A stretch of 57,718 bases of DNA from Ancylomarina sp. (GCF_041555295.1 NZ_JBFFKR010000001.1:1-57718), one strand, 5' to 3'. Shown: positions 1 through 8,980, counted from the stretch's first letter. Notes: a model not told the origin generated them from the sequence alone. Program-made: numbers and translations.

Positions 1-1
1 T

Positions 2-373
2 GAGAGTGATGAAGCAAGAACCAAAAAGCTACGTTTTCGTTCGCATTTATTATTCTCTCTTATTCTGCTTGTCGTTATTCTTATTTTCCGAGCTATAAAT
101 GACGATTCGGTTATTTCAGCCATATTTACCGTTGCTGGATATACCTATGGCCCTTTGTTGGGTTTGTATGCCTTTGGTTTATTCACATCCATTCAAGTTA
201 AAGACAAATGGGTACCACTAGTAACCCTTGTTGCACCAATTCTGTGCTATATATTTGCACAGTACTCGATGGATTGGTTTGGATTCAAATTAGGCTTTGA
301 ACTGTTAATGCTTAATGGACTCTTAACCTTTATTGGTTTGCTAGCAATCAGGAGACATAAGGTTAAAGGTTAA
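2..373 (+). CDS. Sodium:solute symporter family protein, C-terminal part (truncated by window start)
   Basis: Frame is open from nt 2 (ESDEARTKKLRF...NDDSVISAIFTVAGYTYGPLLGLYAFGLFT...GFELLMLNGLLTFIGL). Hydrophobic helices and the YTYGPLLG motif are typical of Bacteroidota SSS transporters. Confidence 0.8.
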   Translation, partial: ESDEARTKKLRFRSHLLFSLILLVVILIFRAINDDSVISAIFTVAGYTYGPLLGLYAFGLFTSIQVKDKWVPLVTLVAPILCYIFAQYSMDWFGFKLGFELLMLNGLLTFIGLLAIRRHKVKG

Positions 374-398
374 AGGTTAAAGGTTAAAGGTTAAAGGT
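361..398 (+). repeat. Heptamer tandem repeat (GGTTAAA)x5 plus partial copy
   Basis: Read directly; contains the TAA stop of the symporter gene. Confidence 0.95.
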
Positions 399-424
399 GT
401 GATGAGAAAAGTTTTTTTATTTTC

Positions 425-471
425 CACATCATCACATCATCACATCATCACATCATCACATCATCACATCA
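425..471 (+). repeat. Octamer tandem repeat (CACATCAT)x~6
   Basis: Read directly; contains the TGA stop of the convergent Fe-S gene. Confidence 0.95.
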
Positions 472-1821
472 ATTGATCCATTTAGGAAGTTTTTTAGATT
501 TGGGTTTGCGTCCGTAAAATAAATCATCTAATGGTGCGGCTATTCGTCTAAAAAGAGGGGAGTATTTAATTCCAAATCGAATGGCATTGTGCAGTAAATT
601 ATCAGGATGTGAGTAGGGACAAGTTGCCATACATCGTCCACAGTCGGTTCCGGCTTTGCACCAATAGGTAAAACAGGATTCTGAATTAATTTGCCATCTT
701 TTAACCCCATCAACCATTTTAGGATTGTCTGATGAAATGGATTTACTAGGGCAGACTTCTGCACACTTTTTACAGCGCAAGCAGAAATCTAGCATATAGT
801 TCAACTTCTTCCGATCTTTAGTTGTTAATGGGAATTCGGTTGTGACAACACCTAGTCGAACTCTTGGACCTTGCTTCGGTGTCATTAATAACCCCATTCG
901 TCCAATTTCTCCTAAACCAGCATCACGGGCAACTAAGGGGCAAACAACTTGATAATTTCCATCGATATGTGCACGGGCTGAGTAACCTAAGTGACGTAGG
1001 AATTCAGCTATCTGAATGGCTATTCGTCCCGAATCGAGATACTGTTGTGCCGATTCCATTACGATGGACGATTGGGGAGCAGCTTTTACCATTTCTTCTG
1101 TCATTTCAACTGTGAAAGCAATAGCATGGCTATGAGAGTTGTGAATTTCATCCCCATATTCCTCTCCACGTCCCTTGTGCGAATACAAATGATAGTCCTT
1201 AAGGTCGCAGATACCAATGTCTAATGCACCTAGCTTTTTACCCCAAGCTTTTAGGAAAGAACTCATTTCTTGGGGTGAGCTTTCTTTTCGATTTACATTA
1301 ACCTCGCCATCAACAGCTTTCTTAAATTGTCCAACAGCAAAGAAGCTGGCATGTGCTGCTGCAAAAGCAAATGTGTGATTGAATATCGATTTTTCAGAAC
1401 ATAAACCTGCTTCCTTTCTGAAGGCATTATCGAGATCCTCTTTTTCAGGATATCTACTATAGTAGTTTTTATAATTTTCGCTTCCTACAACCAGTTCGTT
1501 TCGCGAAAACATCACGTTTCTCTCATCAATCTTAGTCAATGGAATTTCGTCACAAATAGGTTGAGGCGTTTTAAAAGGGTAGATGAATAGTAAGCCCGTA
1601 AGTATGATATCAGCAAAAAGAATTAATGCCAATATATTGTAGTTGTAGTACCAAGCTATAAAGTAGGGCATAGGTAATAGTATGCCGATGCTAAGTGCAA
1701 GTAAAGCTGCCCTTTTTTCATTCTCGATATAAAAAATATAAGCACTGTATAGAAATATAGCCAGAAAGATTATTGAGCTGATAAGACAAAAAAGAGTTGA
1801 AATATCGGAAAGAGAATTCAT
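469..1821 (-). CDS. Reductive dehalogenase-like (cobalamin / 2x[4Fe-4S]) protein with three N-terminal TM helices
   Basis: RdhA-type block PLVARDAGLGEIGRMGLLMTPKQGPRVRL, plus Fe-S motifs FCLRCKKCAEVCP and C-X10-CGRCMATCP. ATG at 1821 preferred over TTG at 1830. Confidence 0.8.
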   Translation of the reverse strand: MNSLSDISTLFCLISSIIFLAIFLYSAYIFYIENEKRAALLALSIGILLPMPYFIAWYYNYNILALILFADIILTGLLFIYPFKTPQPICDEIPLTKIDERNVMFSRNELVVGSENYKNYYSRYPEKEDLDNAFRKEAGLCSEKSIFNHTFAFAAAHASFFAVGQFKKAVDGEVNVNRKESSPQEMSSFLKAWGKKLGALDIGICDLKDYHLYSHKGRGEEYGDEIHNSHSHAIAFTVEMTEEMVKAAPQSSIVMESAQQYLDSGRIAIQIAEFLRHLGYSARAHIDGNYQVVCPLVARDAGLGEIGRMGLLMTPKQGPRVRLGVVTTEFPLTTKDRKKLNYMLDFCLRCKKCAEVCPSKSISSDNPKMVDGVKRWQINSESCFTYWCKAGTDCGRCMATCPYSHPDNLLHNAIRFGIKYSPLFRRIAAPLDDLFYGRKPKSKKLPKWIN

Positions 1822-1950
1822 AGATAACAAATACTTATGGTTAGGATTAGAATATCGCGTGTTAAGATAGACTAATTTCTTTTTTTGAGCCTTTAGAGCA
1901 CTGAGTTTAGAATGAATACAAAAAGAATTGGTAGTGTCTCAATTTTTGTT

Positions 1951-2019
1951 TAAAGCTTCCTGCACACTGCAGCGAGTATCACATGCCTCGTGTAAAGCTT
2001 CCTGCACACTGCAGCGAGT
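1951..2019. repeat. Exact 27-bp direct repeat (TAAAGCTTCCTGCACACTGCAGCGAGT), 42-bp period, palindromic core
   Basis: Copies at 1951-1977 and 1993-2019 with a 15-bp spacer; core CTGCA-CAC-TGCAG. Confidence 0.95.
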
Positions 2020-2031
2020 TTTCTAAAGAGT

Positions 2032-2057
2032 GAGAGCCCCACTTTTGTGAGGCTCTC
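2032..2057 (-). terminator. Hairpin downstream of the KASIII gene
   Basis: GAGAGCCTCAC-AAAA-GTGGGGCTCTC on the minus strand; weak U-tract. Confidence 0.6.
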
Positions 2058-2095
2058 GGTTTATAGTGAATTTGGGCTAGTATGTAATCTTGATT

Positions 2096-3181
2096 TTAGA
2101 ATTGATAAACGAAGGCGTTAATACTCATACCTGCACCTACAGAGGCAAACACAACGTGATCGCCCTTTTCAAATTGATGACCTTCAAGTTCTCCTTTGGC
2201 AATCATATCGTACAAAATAGGTACGGTTGCCACCGAATTATTTCCCATTTTTTTGATGATCATAGGCATGATATCATCAGGAACTTGTCGTTCACCATAT
2301 AAACGGAATAAACGTTTTGCTATGGCTTCGTCCATTTTTTCATTGGCTTGATGAATCAGAACTTTCTTAATATCCTTTAATCCCAATCCTGCTTTTTCTA
2401 TACATTCTTTTACCAGTTGGGGAACGTTTGAAATTACGTATTCGTAGATTTTATGCCCATGCATTTTAATATAAAAATCTCTGTCTCGATTTTGGAAATC
2501 AGGGTTGTGAGATGCGCCTGACCATAAGAAATAGGCTTCGTTTAAAGTATCGTTACGAACTGAATGAGAGATGATTCCTGTTTTACTTTCGCTTTCAACA
2601 GCTTCGAGAATAGTCGCACCAGCCCCATCAGAATAAATCATACTATCTCTATCATGCGGATCGCAAACTCTAGAAAGTGTTTCGGCACCAATCACCAGTA
2701 CTCGCTTAGCATCGCCTGATTTGATAAAATAGTTAGCCTGAATCATTGCTTGGATCCAACCAGGACATCCAAAAAGAATGTCGTAAGCAACGGTTTTAGG
2801 ATTTTCTATTTTGAGTAAATGCTTGACACGAGCCGCTAAACTTGGCATCAATTGCGGTGCAACGGTATTGGCTGAAACGTCACCAAAATTATGAGCGACT
2901 AAAATATAATCCAGACTTTCTTTATCGATTCCTGATGATTCGAGAGCTCTACTTGCAGCAATAAAGGCCAAATCTGAAGCTTTTTGATCTTCACGAGCAT
3001 AGCGTCTTTCCTGAATACCAGTAATATTGTAGAATTTTTCAAGAACTTCAGGCGTAGTCGCACCATTGTGGCTGCCATCAGTATTGTAAAATATATTTTT
3101 CAGGAAATCTTCATTCTTAACTTCAATTTCAGGAATATAGCTTCCTGATCCAACGATTTTTGAATATGTGCTCATCTTCAA
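2096..3181 (-). CDS. fabH: 3-oxoacyl-ACP synthase III family protein
   Basis: GSGSYIP, catalytic Cys in FGCPGW, DGAGA, HQAN, GNNSVATVP, SVGAG. Start may be an ATG a few nt downstream. Confidence 0.9.
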   Translation of the reverse strand: MKMSTYSKIVGSGSYIPEIEVKNEDFLKNIFYNTDGSHNGATTPEVLEKFYNITGIQERRYAREDQKASDLAFIAASRALESSGIDKESLDYILVAHNFGDVSANTVAPQLMPSLAARVKHLLKIENPKTVAYDILFGCPGWIQAMIQANYFIKSGDAKRVLVIGAETLSRVCDPHDRDSMIYSDGAGATILEAVESESKTGIISHSVRNDTLNEAYFLWSGASHNPDFQNRDRDFYIKMHGHKIYEYVISNVPQLVKECIEKAGLGLKDIKKVLIHQANEKMDEAIAKRLFRLYGERQVPDDIMPMIIKKMGNNSVATVPILYDMIAKGELEGHQFEKGDHVVFASVGAGMSINAFVYQF

Positions 3182-3349
3182 TTTTTCTTTTTAGTAATAA
3201 AATAAAGTAGGGCGCATGAAAAAAATTTAAGGGAATTTTCCTTAAAGTCAGTTAGATGAGAGTATGAATCTACACTTGCTTTAAGTGTATTCTGTTTTAG
3301 TAGTTGAGGCTAAGTTATAAAATTATTTATAAATGCGATTTTTAGGCAT

Positions 3350-3379
3350 AAAAAAAGCGCAATCTGGAATTGATTGCGC
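3350..3379 (-). terminator. Intrinsic terminator
   Basis: GCGCAATC stem followed by T7 on the minus strand. Confidence 0.8.
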
Positions 3380-3400
3380 CATGAATATTGAAGTTTTTTA

Positions 3401-3955
3401 TTAATTTTTAAACAGCTCTGCTTTTAACTTTTTATCGACAGGATTTTTGCCTAACCAAATACCCCAAAGTGCTTTTTTAAAGGCTAATCCTTCAATATTG
3501 GCCAGTTGTTCTCCATTTTTAGAAATGCTTGTGCCAGCCTCAGGCTGATACGTAAATTGAAAAAGATCTTCTTTCTCAACACCTTGCTTAAACACATTTA
3601 GGAAAGCTTCAATTTCGTTTTGAATAGCTTCAGGATTGCCTTGTGTCGATTTTTCAAATCCTTCGCGAATGGCTTTATCCATCTTCTCGGCAGTGATAAG
3701 TCCCGAAATAATATTCAGGCGAACCACAGCCGTTTCGTTATTTGAAACAACAAGGCTTGCATCTTGCTTGATGTCTGAAACAAATAGACCGAGTGTGTAC
3801 ATGTCCATCCACAGCTTAACTCGCGTACCGGTTCCTTTCAGCTGAAGTTCTTGATTTTCGATTTTCAGATTCTTTGGAAATACTTCAGTTTCGTTTTGTG
3901 ACATGGCATTTAAACTGAAAAAAGCCAGAATTATAGGTATGAGTAATTTTTTCAT
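3401..3955 (-). CDS. Chalcone isomerase-like family secreted protein
   Basis: Signal peptide; LKGTGTRVKLWMDMY and FKKALWGIWLGKNPVD motifs. Confidence 0.85.
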   Translation of the reverse strand: MKKLLIPIILAFFSLNAMSQNETEVFPKNLKIENQELQLKGTGTRVKLWMDMYTLGLFVSDIKQDASLVVSNNETAVVRLNIISGLITAEKMDKAIREGFEKSTQGNPEAIQNEIEAFLNVFKQGVEKEDLFQFTYQPEAGTSISKNGEQLANIEGLAFKKALWGIWLGKNPVDKKLKAELFKN

Positions 3956-3987
3956 TCTGATGGATTTGAAGTTTGTATAGAATAATC

Positions 3988-4281
3988 TTAGCTATAGAGA
4001 ATTTTAGCGTAGCATAAATAGAAGGTTGCAATAATATTAACCAAATAATTGAGCCAAAGAGGGTATTGTCGCTTGCCTGATTTTAGATCTCCTTCGAGTA
4101 TGTATATAAATGTAAATAGTACGCCAAAGGCCCACATCAAAAGAAAAGACCAGTTGAAACTGCTTACATCTTTGGTTTCCCAAGTCTGAACCACTTGGGG
4201 AATAACGCCAATACTGAGTATAATATTTCCAAACCAGCCTAACGATTTGAAGAAATCTATTTTTCTAAATAATTTATGCAT
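3988..4281 (-). CDS. PQ-loop / SemiSWEET-like small membrane protein
   Basis: IPQVVQTWETKDVSSF PQ motif; three TM segments. Confidence 0.8.
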   Translation of the reverse strand: MHKLFRKIDFFKSLGWFGNIILSIGVIPQVVQTWETKDVSSFNWSFLLMWAFGVLFTFIYILEGDLKSGKRQYPLWLNYLVNIIATFYLCYAKILYS

Positions 4282-4330
4282 AACTATTTCGTCTTTTCTT
4301 GTTCGACGAACAATATTACAAATATTCTAT

Positions 4331-5203
4331 TTATAAATTCAGCATATACTTAATTATCGACTCATTAAAGCTGTTATGCCTGTGATGATTTGTTTTATCA
4401 GCAAGATGTCTGGTTCTTGACATATTGCCCGTATAGGTCTTGTGCAGTACACCAAACCCAGCAGTATAACCCGTGAAATAAAACTTTGTTAATATCTGTT
4501 GAGCTCCCAAAGCAAGAAAGGCTCCATTGAATAAAAAGGTAAATGAACCTTCAGCGATTTCCCCGCAGTATATCTGGCCGGCACCAGGGATGAATCGAGA
4601 TAGGTTCTCTGCTTTCTCAACTGATTTTAATTTGGGTAAATTCTTTTTAGAGTACAAGGAATCTATGTGCTTTGTGACAACAGTAAAATGGTCTTTTAAT
4701 GAAGCCTGATTGCTGACATATTCTTTTGCCCTTTCCTGAGCTTTTGCCCATTGTTTCATTTCATTTAAAATGAAGATTTCAATCAGAAGTGTTTCATTAG
4801 GTAGGTTCTTATTTCTGAGCTTATGCCTAAGCTGAGTTATTTGTATTTGAGCCTTCTGAAGCTTATTGTCCAGGTAATAAGAAAGGCTTAACTCTTTCTT
4901 AACTTTGGTATAGTTTTCAATGTTTTCTCTAAATAGATTTATTCTCTCAAGTGTTTTGTATGATTTCGTAAAATCAAAAAGCTGTTTATAGCATTGTGCT
5001 TTTTTATATAGCGTACTAAGTAAATCTTGTTCTTCACATGAAAAGTATAGAAAACGCTCGTACTCGATAGCAGCAGCTTTATATTTTCCCATGGAAAATA
5101 AGCTGTCTGCTTTTAATAATACACTATTATTTTCCCCTTTACTAGTCGAAGATATTGCGCAAAGGAATATGAATATTAAATAATATTTTTTGATCCATTT
5201 CAT
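4331..5203 (-). CDS. TPR-like protein with C-terminal TM2-like (PGxGxIYxG) membrane segment
   Basis: N-terminal hydrophobic leader; helical repeats (ADSLFSMGKYKAAAIEYER); KS...LSRFIPGAGQIYCG. Confidence 0.65.
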   Translation of the reverse strand: MKWIKKYYLIFIFLCAISSTSKGENNSVLLKADSLFSMGKYKAAAIEYERFLYFSCEEQDLLSTLYKKAQCYKQLFDFTKSYKTLERINLFRENIENYTKVKKELSLSYYLDNKLQKAQIQITQLRHKLRNKNLPNETLLIEIFILNEMKQWAKAQERAKEYVSNQASLKDHFTVVTKHIDSLYSKKNLPKLKSVEKAENLSRFIPGAGQIYCGEIAEGSFTFLFNGAFLALGAQQILTKFYFTGYTAGFGVLHKTYTGNMSRTRHLADKTNHHRHNSFNESIIKYMLNL

Positions 5204-5987
5204 GATTAAACTCTTCGTTTGATATTTTTACCGAAAACACTGATCCATAAATATTGCCCACATAAAATATGGTAAATATCGATCCAAATAGTATTGTTTT
5301 AAAGTTTCTGATGCCTAGTTTCCTATGGTTCTCCCATGTTATTAATCCAGTAGAAGCAACCATCAGCATAGATGCAATTCCTTCGCCCGTTTTGCCAGCA
5401 TATATTTTACCTGAACCTGGAACAACAGCTGACATTAAACCAGCTAGCCACATTTTTTTAGGTTTTCTATTCTTTATTGAAGCATGCAATTTATTAAGGT
5501 TGACAACTTCGAATTGTAGAGATGGAAGAATTTCCGTTGTTTTTAGACGACTTGTTTCATATGTGTTTAAATCCCTTTCTAGTAAAGCGATTCCTGATAT
5601 TTCAAAGTTTTTTAGCTGCACTAATTTTTGATCCAATTCAATCTTCATGAGCACTTGTTTTGCATCATTATAGTTTTTGGTATGTGCATAATTATAGGCT
5701 GCAAAAAAATGACTCTTGTGATAAAAAGAAGATTCGGGTTTAACCTTTTGAAGGTTCTGAGCAGAACTTTCCAATTGCTTAAGAGAATATAAACTCCATC
5801 CTTTAAGGTAATATAAACTATCGCTACTAGTCTTGTTTTCGAGAAGTTTAAGCTCGATTAGAGCTTCATCAAAGTCATTCGATTTAATGAGATGATGAGC
5901 AAACTCGAATCTTTGTTTTGTGGAGTACTGGGCCAACAGGTTAATTGATAATGCACAGAAAAGGACTAAAATAATTATTTTTTTCAC
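5142..5987 (-). CDS. TPR-like protein with C-terminal TM2-like membrane segment
   Basis: Signal peptide; TPR-like helices; KKMWLAGLMSAVVPGSGKIYAG. GTG start overlaps the upstream TGA. Confidence 0.7.
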   Translation of the reverse strand: MKKIIILVLFCALSINLLAQYSTKQRFEFAHHLIKSNDFDEALIELKLLENKTSSDSLYYLKGWSLYSLKQLESSAQNLQKVKPESSFYHKSHFFAAYNYAHTKNYNDAKQVLMKIELDQKLVQLKNFEISGIALLERDLNTYETSRLKTTEILPSLQFEVVNLNKLHASIKNRKPKKMWLAGLMSAVVPGSGKIYAGKTGEGIASMLMVASTGLITWENHRKLGIRNFKTILFGSIFTIFYVGNIYGSVFSVKISNEEFNHEMDQKILFNIHIPLRNIFD

Positions 5988-6478
5988 TTTGACTCAAGAT
6001 TGATTATCGGTTTGATCCTGTAATAGCTAACACTATCATGAGCATGATTGCTTTTTTGATCGAACTTAAAATAGTTAATACTGGTTGCAGCAATTCGGTT
6101 ACATCTGCAAATTCTGTCGGAGCTAAGAAAGATTCCTTTCATTAATCCATATTCCCTTATGGCATCTTTGCTAAAGTCTGAGCAAGTTGGATGATAAAGG
6201 CAATCTGCAGAAAACTGCTGAGATATAACATTCTGGTAAAGGTATAATAGGGACCCAAAACCTAAACTAATAGGATTGTATTTTTTGAACCAACTTTTCT
6301 CGTTCTTATAGATATAATCTCGACTATGCTTCTTGGTGTCAAGAGTATTCGTTTTTGTCTTTAGGATAAGTTGAATATTACTCGATTCTTTATCTTGAGC
6401 TTTCGTAAGAATGCAAAAACACAGGATAAAGCTTAAGGTGAATGTCAGCTTATAAATCTGATTTATTAACTTTTGCAT
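5984..6478 (-). CDS. yidD: YidD-like membrane protein insertion efficiency factor with N-terminal signal/TM extension
   Basis: YQNVIS...CLYHPTCSDFSKDAIREYGLMKG...DRICRCN carries the three conserved Cys of the YidD/haemolytic domain. Start placed at ATG 6478. Confidence 0.8.
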   Translation of the reverse strand: MQKLINQIYKLTFTLSFILCFCILTKAQDKESSNIQLILKTKTNTLDTKKHSRDYIYKNEKSWFKKYNPISLGFGSLLYLYQNVISQQFSADCLYHPTCSDFSKDAIREYGLMKGIFLSSDRICRCNRIAATSINYFKFDQKSNHAHDSVSYYRIKPIINLESK

Positions 6479-7163
6479 TGTCAGGAACTTTAAAGTTGAA
6501 ATAGGATGATGAAGGCGTGTTGGAGACTTTAATGTTTGAATAAATTGTGCGTTGAACAATGGAATCTTTTTCTGGAGTATAACTTATTTCTGTCACATTA
6601 GTTGGCATTTGGAAATATGTCGTTGAGAAGTAATTGTAATAATAGATCTTCTTTAAAACGTCACCATCTAGGTTGAAATAGGCTGCATATATTGGATTAT
6701 CACCTTCGTATACAACCTCAACCTTCTTGACAGTATTCATTTCTTGAGGAGCTTCCCAAACAAAGATGAGATAATTTTTATCAAGTCTTGAATCAACCAT
6801 TGTAAAGCCTTCTTTTTCCAAACCTAAATCTTGTTGTTGGTTATTGGAGAAATAGAAGATTAATTCGTTTTCACTTGATAGAGTAATATCTTGTGTATAA
6901 GTGACTGTGTTTGTTTCAGGAATATAAAGTTTTATTTCTCCTTTTCGGTTGCTTACTTTTACGAATTCTTGTGGAGAACTGTATGACGAGACAATTACGC
7001 CTTGTTCTTTATCATAGAAAAAATCAGCATGAGCGTTACTTAGTAAGCCTTTTTTATACGATTGATTATCCATACTATAACTGATGTAGTTTGAGCTCTT
7101 TTGAGAAAACAAAACAGTAGGGAATAGGATACAAAGAATAAATGATAATCGAATCAGTAACAT
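6450..7163 (-). CDS. Secreted beta-rich protein, possibly LolA/LolB-like fold
   Basis: Signal peptide; C-terminal YSNIKV...YFNFKVPDNAKV resembles the LolA C-terminus (FxFxxPxxxxV). Confidence 0.5.
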   Translation of the reverse strand: MLLIRLSFILCILFPTVLFSQKSSNYISYSMDNQSYKKGLLSNAHADFFYDKEQGVIVSSYSSPQEFVKVSNRKGEIKLYIPETNTVTYTQDITLSSENELIFYFSNNQQQDLGLEKEGFTMVDSRLDKNYLIFVWEAPQEMNTVKKVEVVYEGDNPIYAAYFNLDGDVLKKIYYYNYFSTTYFQMPTNVTEISYTPEKDSIVQRTIYSNIKVSNTPSSSYFNFKVPDNAKVNKSDL

Positions 7164-7188
7164 ATTAAATTATATAAAGTGTTAAATG

Positions 7189-7238
7189 AAGTTGCTGCTA
7201 TAAACCGCAGATGAAATCTGGATTTATAACAGCAACTT
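7189..7238 (-). other. Long intergenic RNA hairpin (~23 bp)
   Basis: AAGUUGCUGUUAUAAAUCCAGAU-UUC-AUCUG(C)GGUUUAUAGCAGCAACUU; G-U pairs favour the minus strand. Confidence 0.8.
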
Positions 7239-7257
7239 TTAGTAATGCTTTATGATA

Positions 7258-7671
7258 TTACCACATAAAGAATTTTGGATTGTCAACAAACTGACTAATA
7301 TCATCATAGTTAATTGCAAGAACAATTAAGTCGACTAGTGGCATTATACCAAAAAATCCTCCACAAGTAAGGATATAGCCAATACCTGTCATCACCTTAG
7401 TTCCAAGGTAAAAACGGTGAACACCAAGACCTCCTAAAAAGAAATCAAAAACAATAGCCAATAGAGGGTCTTTTGCTTTTACAGTTGAATTTAAAGTTGA
7501 TGTTGCCATCAAGTTTGAAGACATCTCATTTAAATTCATCATGATAGTTGTTGAAGCTTTTTCAAACAATACATCAATTTTTGCATCATTGATGTGGTAG
7601 CTAGATGCTTCTACATTCGAAAATGTAAACATTGTGCAAATAAATGCAACTACGAATAAAAATTTTTTCAT
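7258..7671 (-). CDS. TM2 (NINE) domain protein with signal peptide
   Basis: KDPLLAIVFDFFLGGLGVHRFYLG...LVDLI is a classic TM2 motif. Confidence 0.9.
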   Translation of the reverse strand: MKKFLFVVAFICTMFTFSNVEASSYHINDAKIDVLFEKASTTIMMNLNEMSSNLMATSTLNSTVKAKDPLLAIVFDFFLGGLGVHRFYLGTKVMTGIGYILTCGGFFGIMPLVDLIVLAINYDDISQFVDNPKFFMW

Positions 7672-7691
7672 TTAAATATAATTTATATGTT

Positions 7692-7699
7692 CAAATCTA
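7692..7699 (-). promoter_or_regulatory. Bacteroidota -7 promoter element for the TM2 operon
   Basis: TAGATTTG matches TAnnTTTG, ~20 nt before the ATG. Confidence 0.55.
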
Positions 7700-7741
7700 A
7701 ATTAAGAAAATAAATCTATTAAATAGTCTTTATATAATTAA

Positions 7742-8980
7742 TTATTGAATGAGTCTGTTAAAATCATCACCAGTAGGATTCTGGAATACTCTGAGATTAA
7801 ACTCAGGAACGATAGCCAAAATGTGATCAAAGATATCAGCTTGTATGGCTTCATAATTGGCCCATTCCTGATCATTTGAAAAAACATAAATCTCAATAGG
7901 GAGTCCTTTTTCAGAAGGCTGAAGTTGGCGTACCATGAAAGTCATCTCATTGTGAATTTTGGGATGATTTTCTAAGTAGGCTTCAATATACTTTCGGAAG
8001 GTTCCAATATTGGTTATGCGTTTCTGATTGACTGGAATTTCGTTTTCAGGATTAGCCTTTTTGATTTCTTCTTTCTTTTCTTGAATATAGCTGGTGATTA
8101 GTTTCACTTTCTCGGCCATCTCAATTTCCTGATCAGACAAAAAATGAATAGATTTTACGTCGATATTCAGATGACGCTTAATTCTTCTCCCGCCTGATTC
8201 TTCCATACCTTTCCAGTTGTTGAAGGACTCGGAAACTAAGGCATAGGTAGGTATTGTACTGATTGTTTTATCCCAGTTTTGAACTTTCACCGTATTTAAA
8301 CTGATATCGATAACGGTTCCATCAGCATCTTTCGATGGCATACTAATCCAATCACCAATGCTTACCATCTTGTTTGCTGAAAGCTGTATGGAAGCAACGA
8401 ATCCTAATATAGTATCCTTAAACACCAAGATGAGGACTGCAGCGAAAGCCCCCATTGTGCCTAGTACTAATGTTGGCGCTTTATTAATTAGAATACCAAT
8501 GATAGAAATACATCCCATTACATAGAAAAAGATTTTGATAATTTGTATATAGCCTTTAATGGGGCGAGTTTTACTTACCGGGAATGTCTTGTAAATATCA
8601 TTAGCCGCACTTAGAAAAGAATCTATAAGCATTAATGATAAAATAATCATGTAAATTTGGGTTGCTTTTTCGATAGCTAAACCACTAGAAGGAGGATTAA
8701 TCAAGGACGCACTATAATAAATGATAATGGCAGGCGCAAAGTGCGAGATTTTATTGAAGACTTTTCTTTCCAAAAGAATATCATCCCAATGGGTTTTGGT
8801 TTTACGAACGAGTTTAGTAATGATACTAATCAAAACCTTTCTAGAAATGACATCGGAAAGCCATGCTAGGATCAAAACTATAACAACAGCAATTGCTGAT
8901 TGTATAATAATTGCAAAGCTTTCAGCAATACCTTGATTGATTAACCAATCTTTTAAATGAGATCCAAGTAGTTCTTTCAT
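7742..8980 (-). CDS. Mechanosensitive ion channel, MscS family (YbdG/MscM-like)
   Basis: FKDTILGFVASIQL, GDWI, ADGTV, TVKVQNWDKT, NWKGMEESGGRRIKR. Confidence 0.92.
   Translation of the reverse strand: MKELLGSHLKDWLINQGIAESFAIIIQSAIAVVIVLILAWLSDVISRKVLISIITKLVRKTKTHWDDILLERKVFNKISHFAPAIIIYYSASLINPPSSGLAIEKATQIYMIILSLMLIDSFLSAANDIYKTFPVSKTRPIKGYIQIIKIFFYVMGCISIIGILINKAPTLVLGTMGAFAAVLILVFKDTILGFVASIQLSANKMVSIGDWISMPSKDADGTVIDISLNTVKVQNWDKTISTIPTYALVSESFNNWKGMEESGGRRIKRHLNIDVKSIHFLSDQEIEMAEKVKLITSYIQEKKEEIKKANPENEIPVNQKRITNIGTFRKYIEAYLENHPKIHNEMTFMVRQLQPSEKGLPIEIYVFSNDQEWANYEAIQADIFDHILAIVPEFNLRVFQNPTGDDFNRLIQ

Noticed and set aside
361-398. Telomere-like repeat
   Set aside because: GGTTAAA is internal, short and in a clearly bacterial context.
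1951-2019. Mini-CRISPR array
   Set aside because: Only two repeats, the 15-bp spacer is too short, and there are no cas genes.
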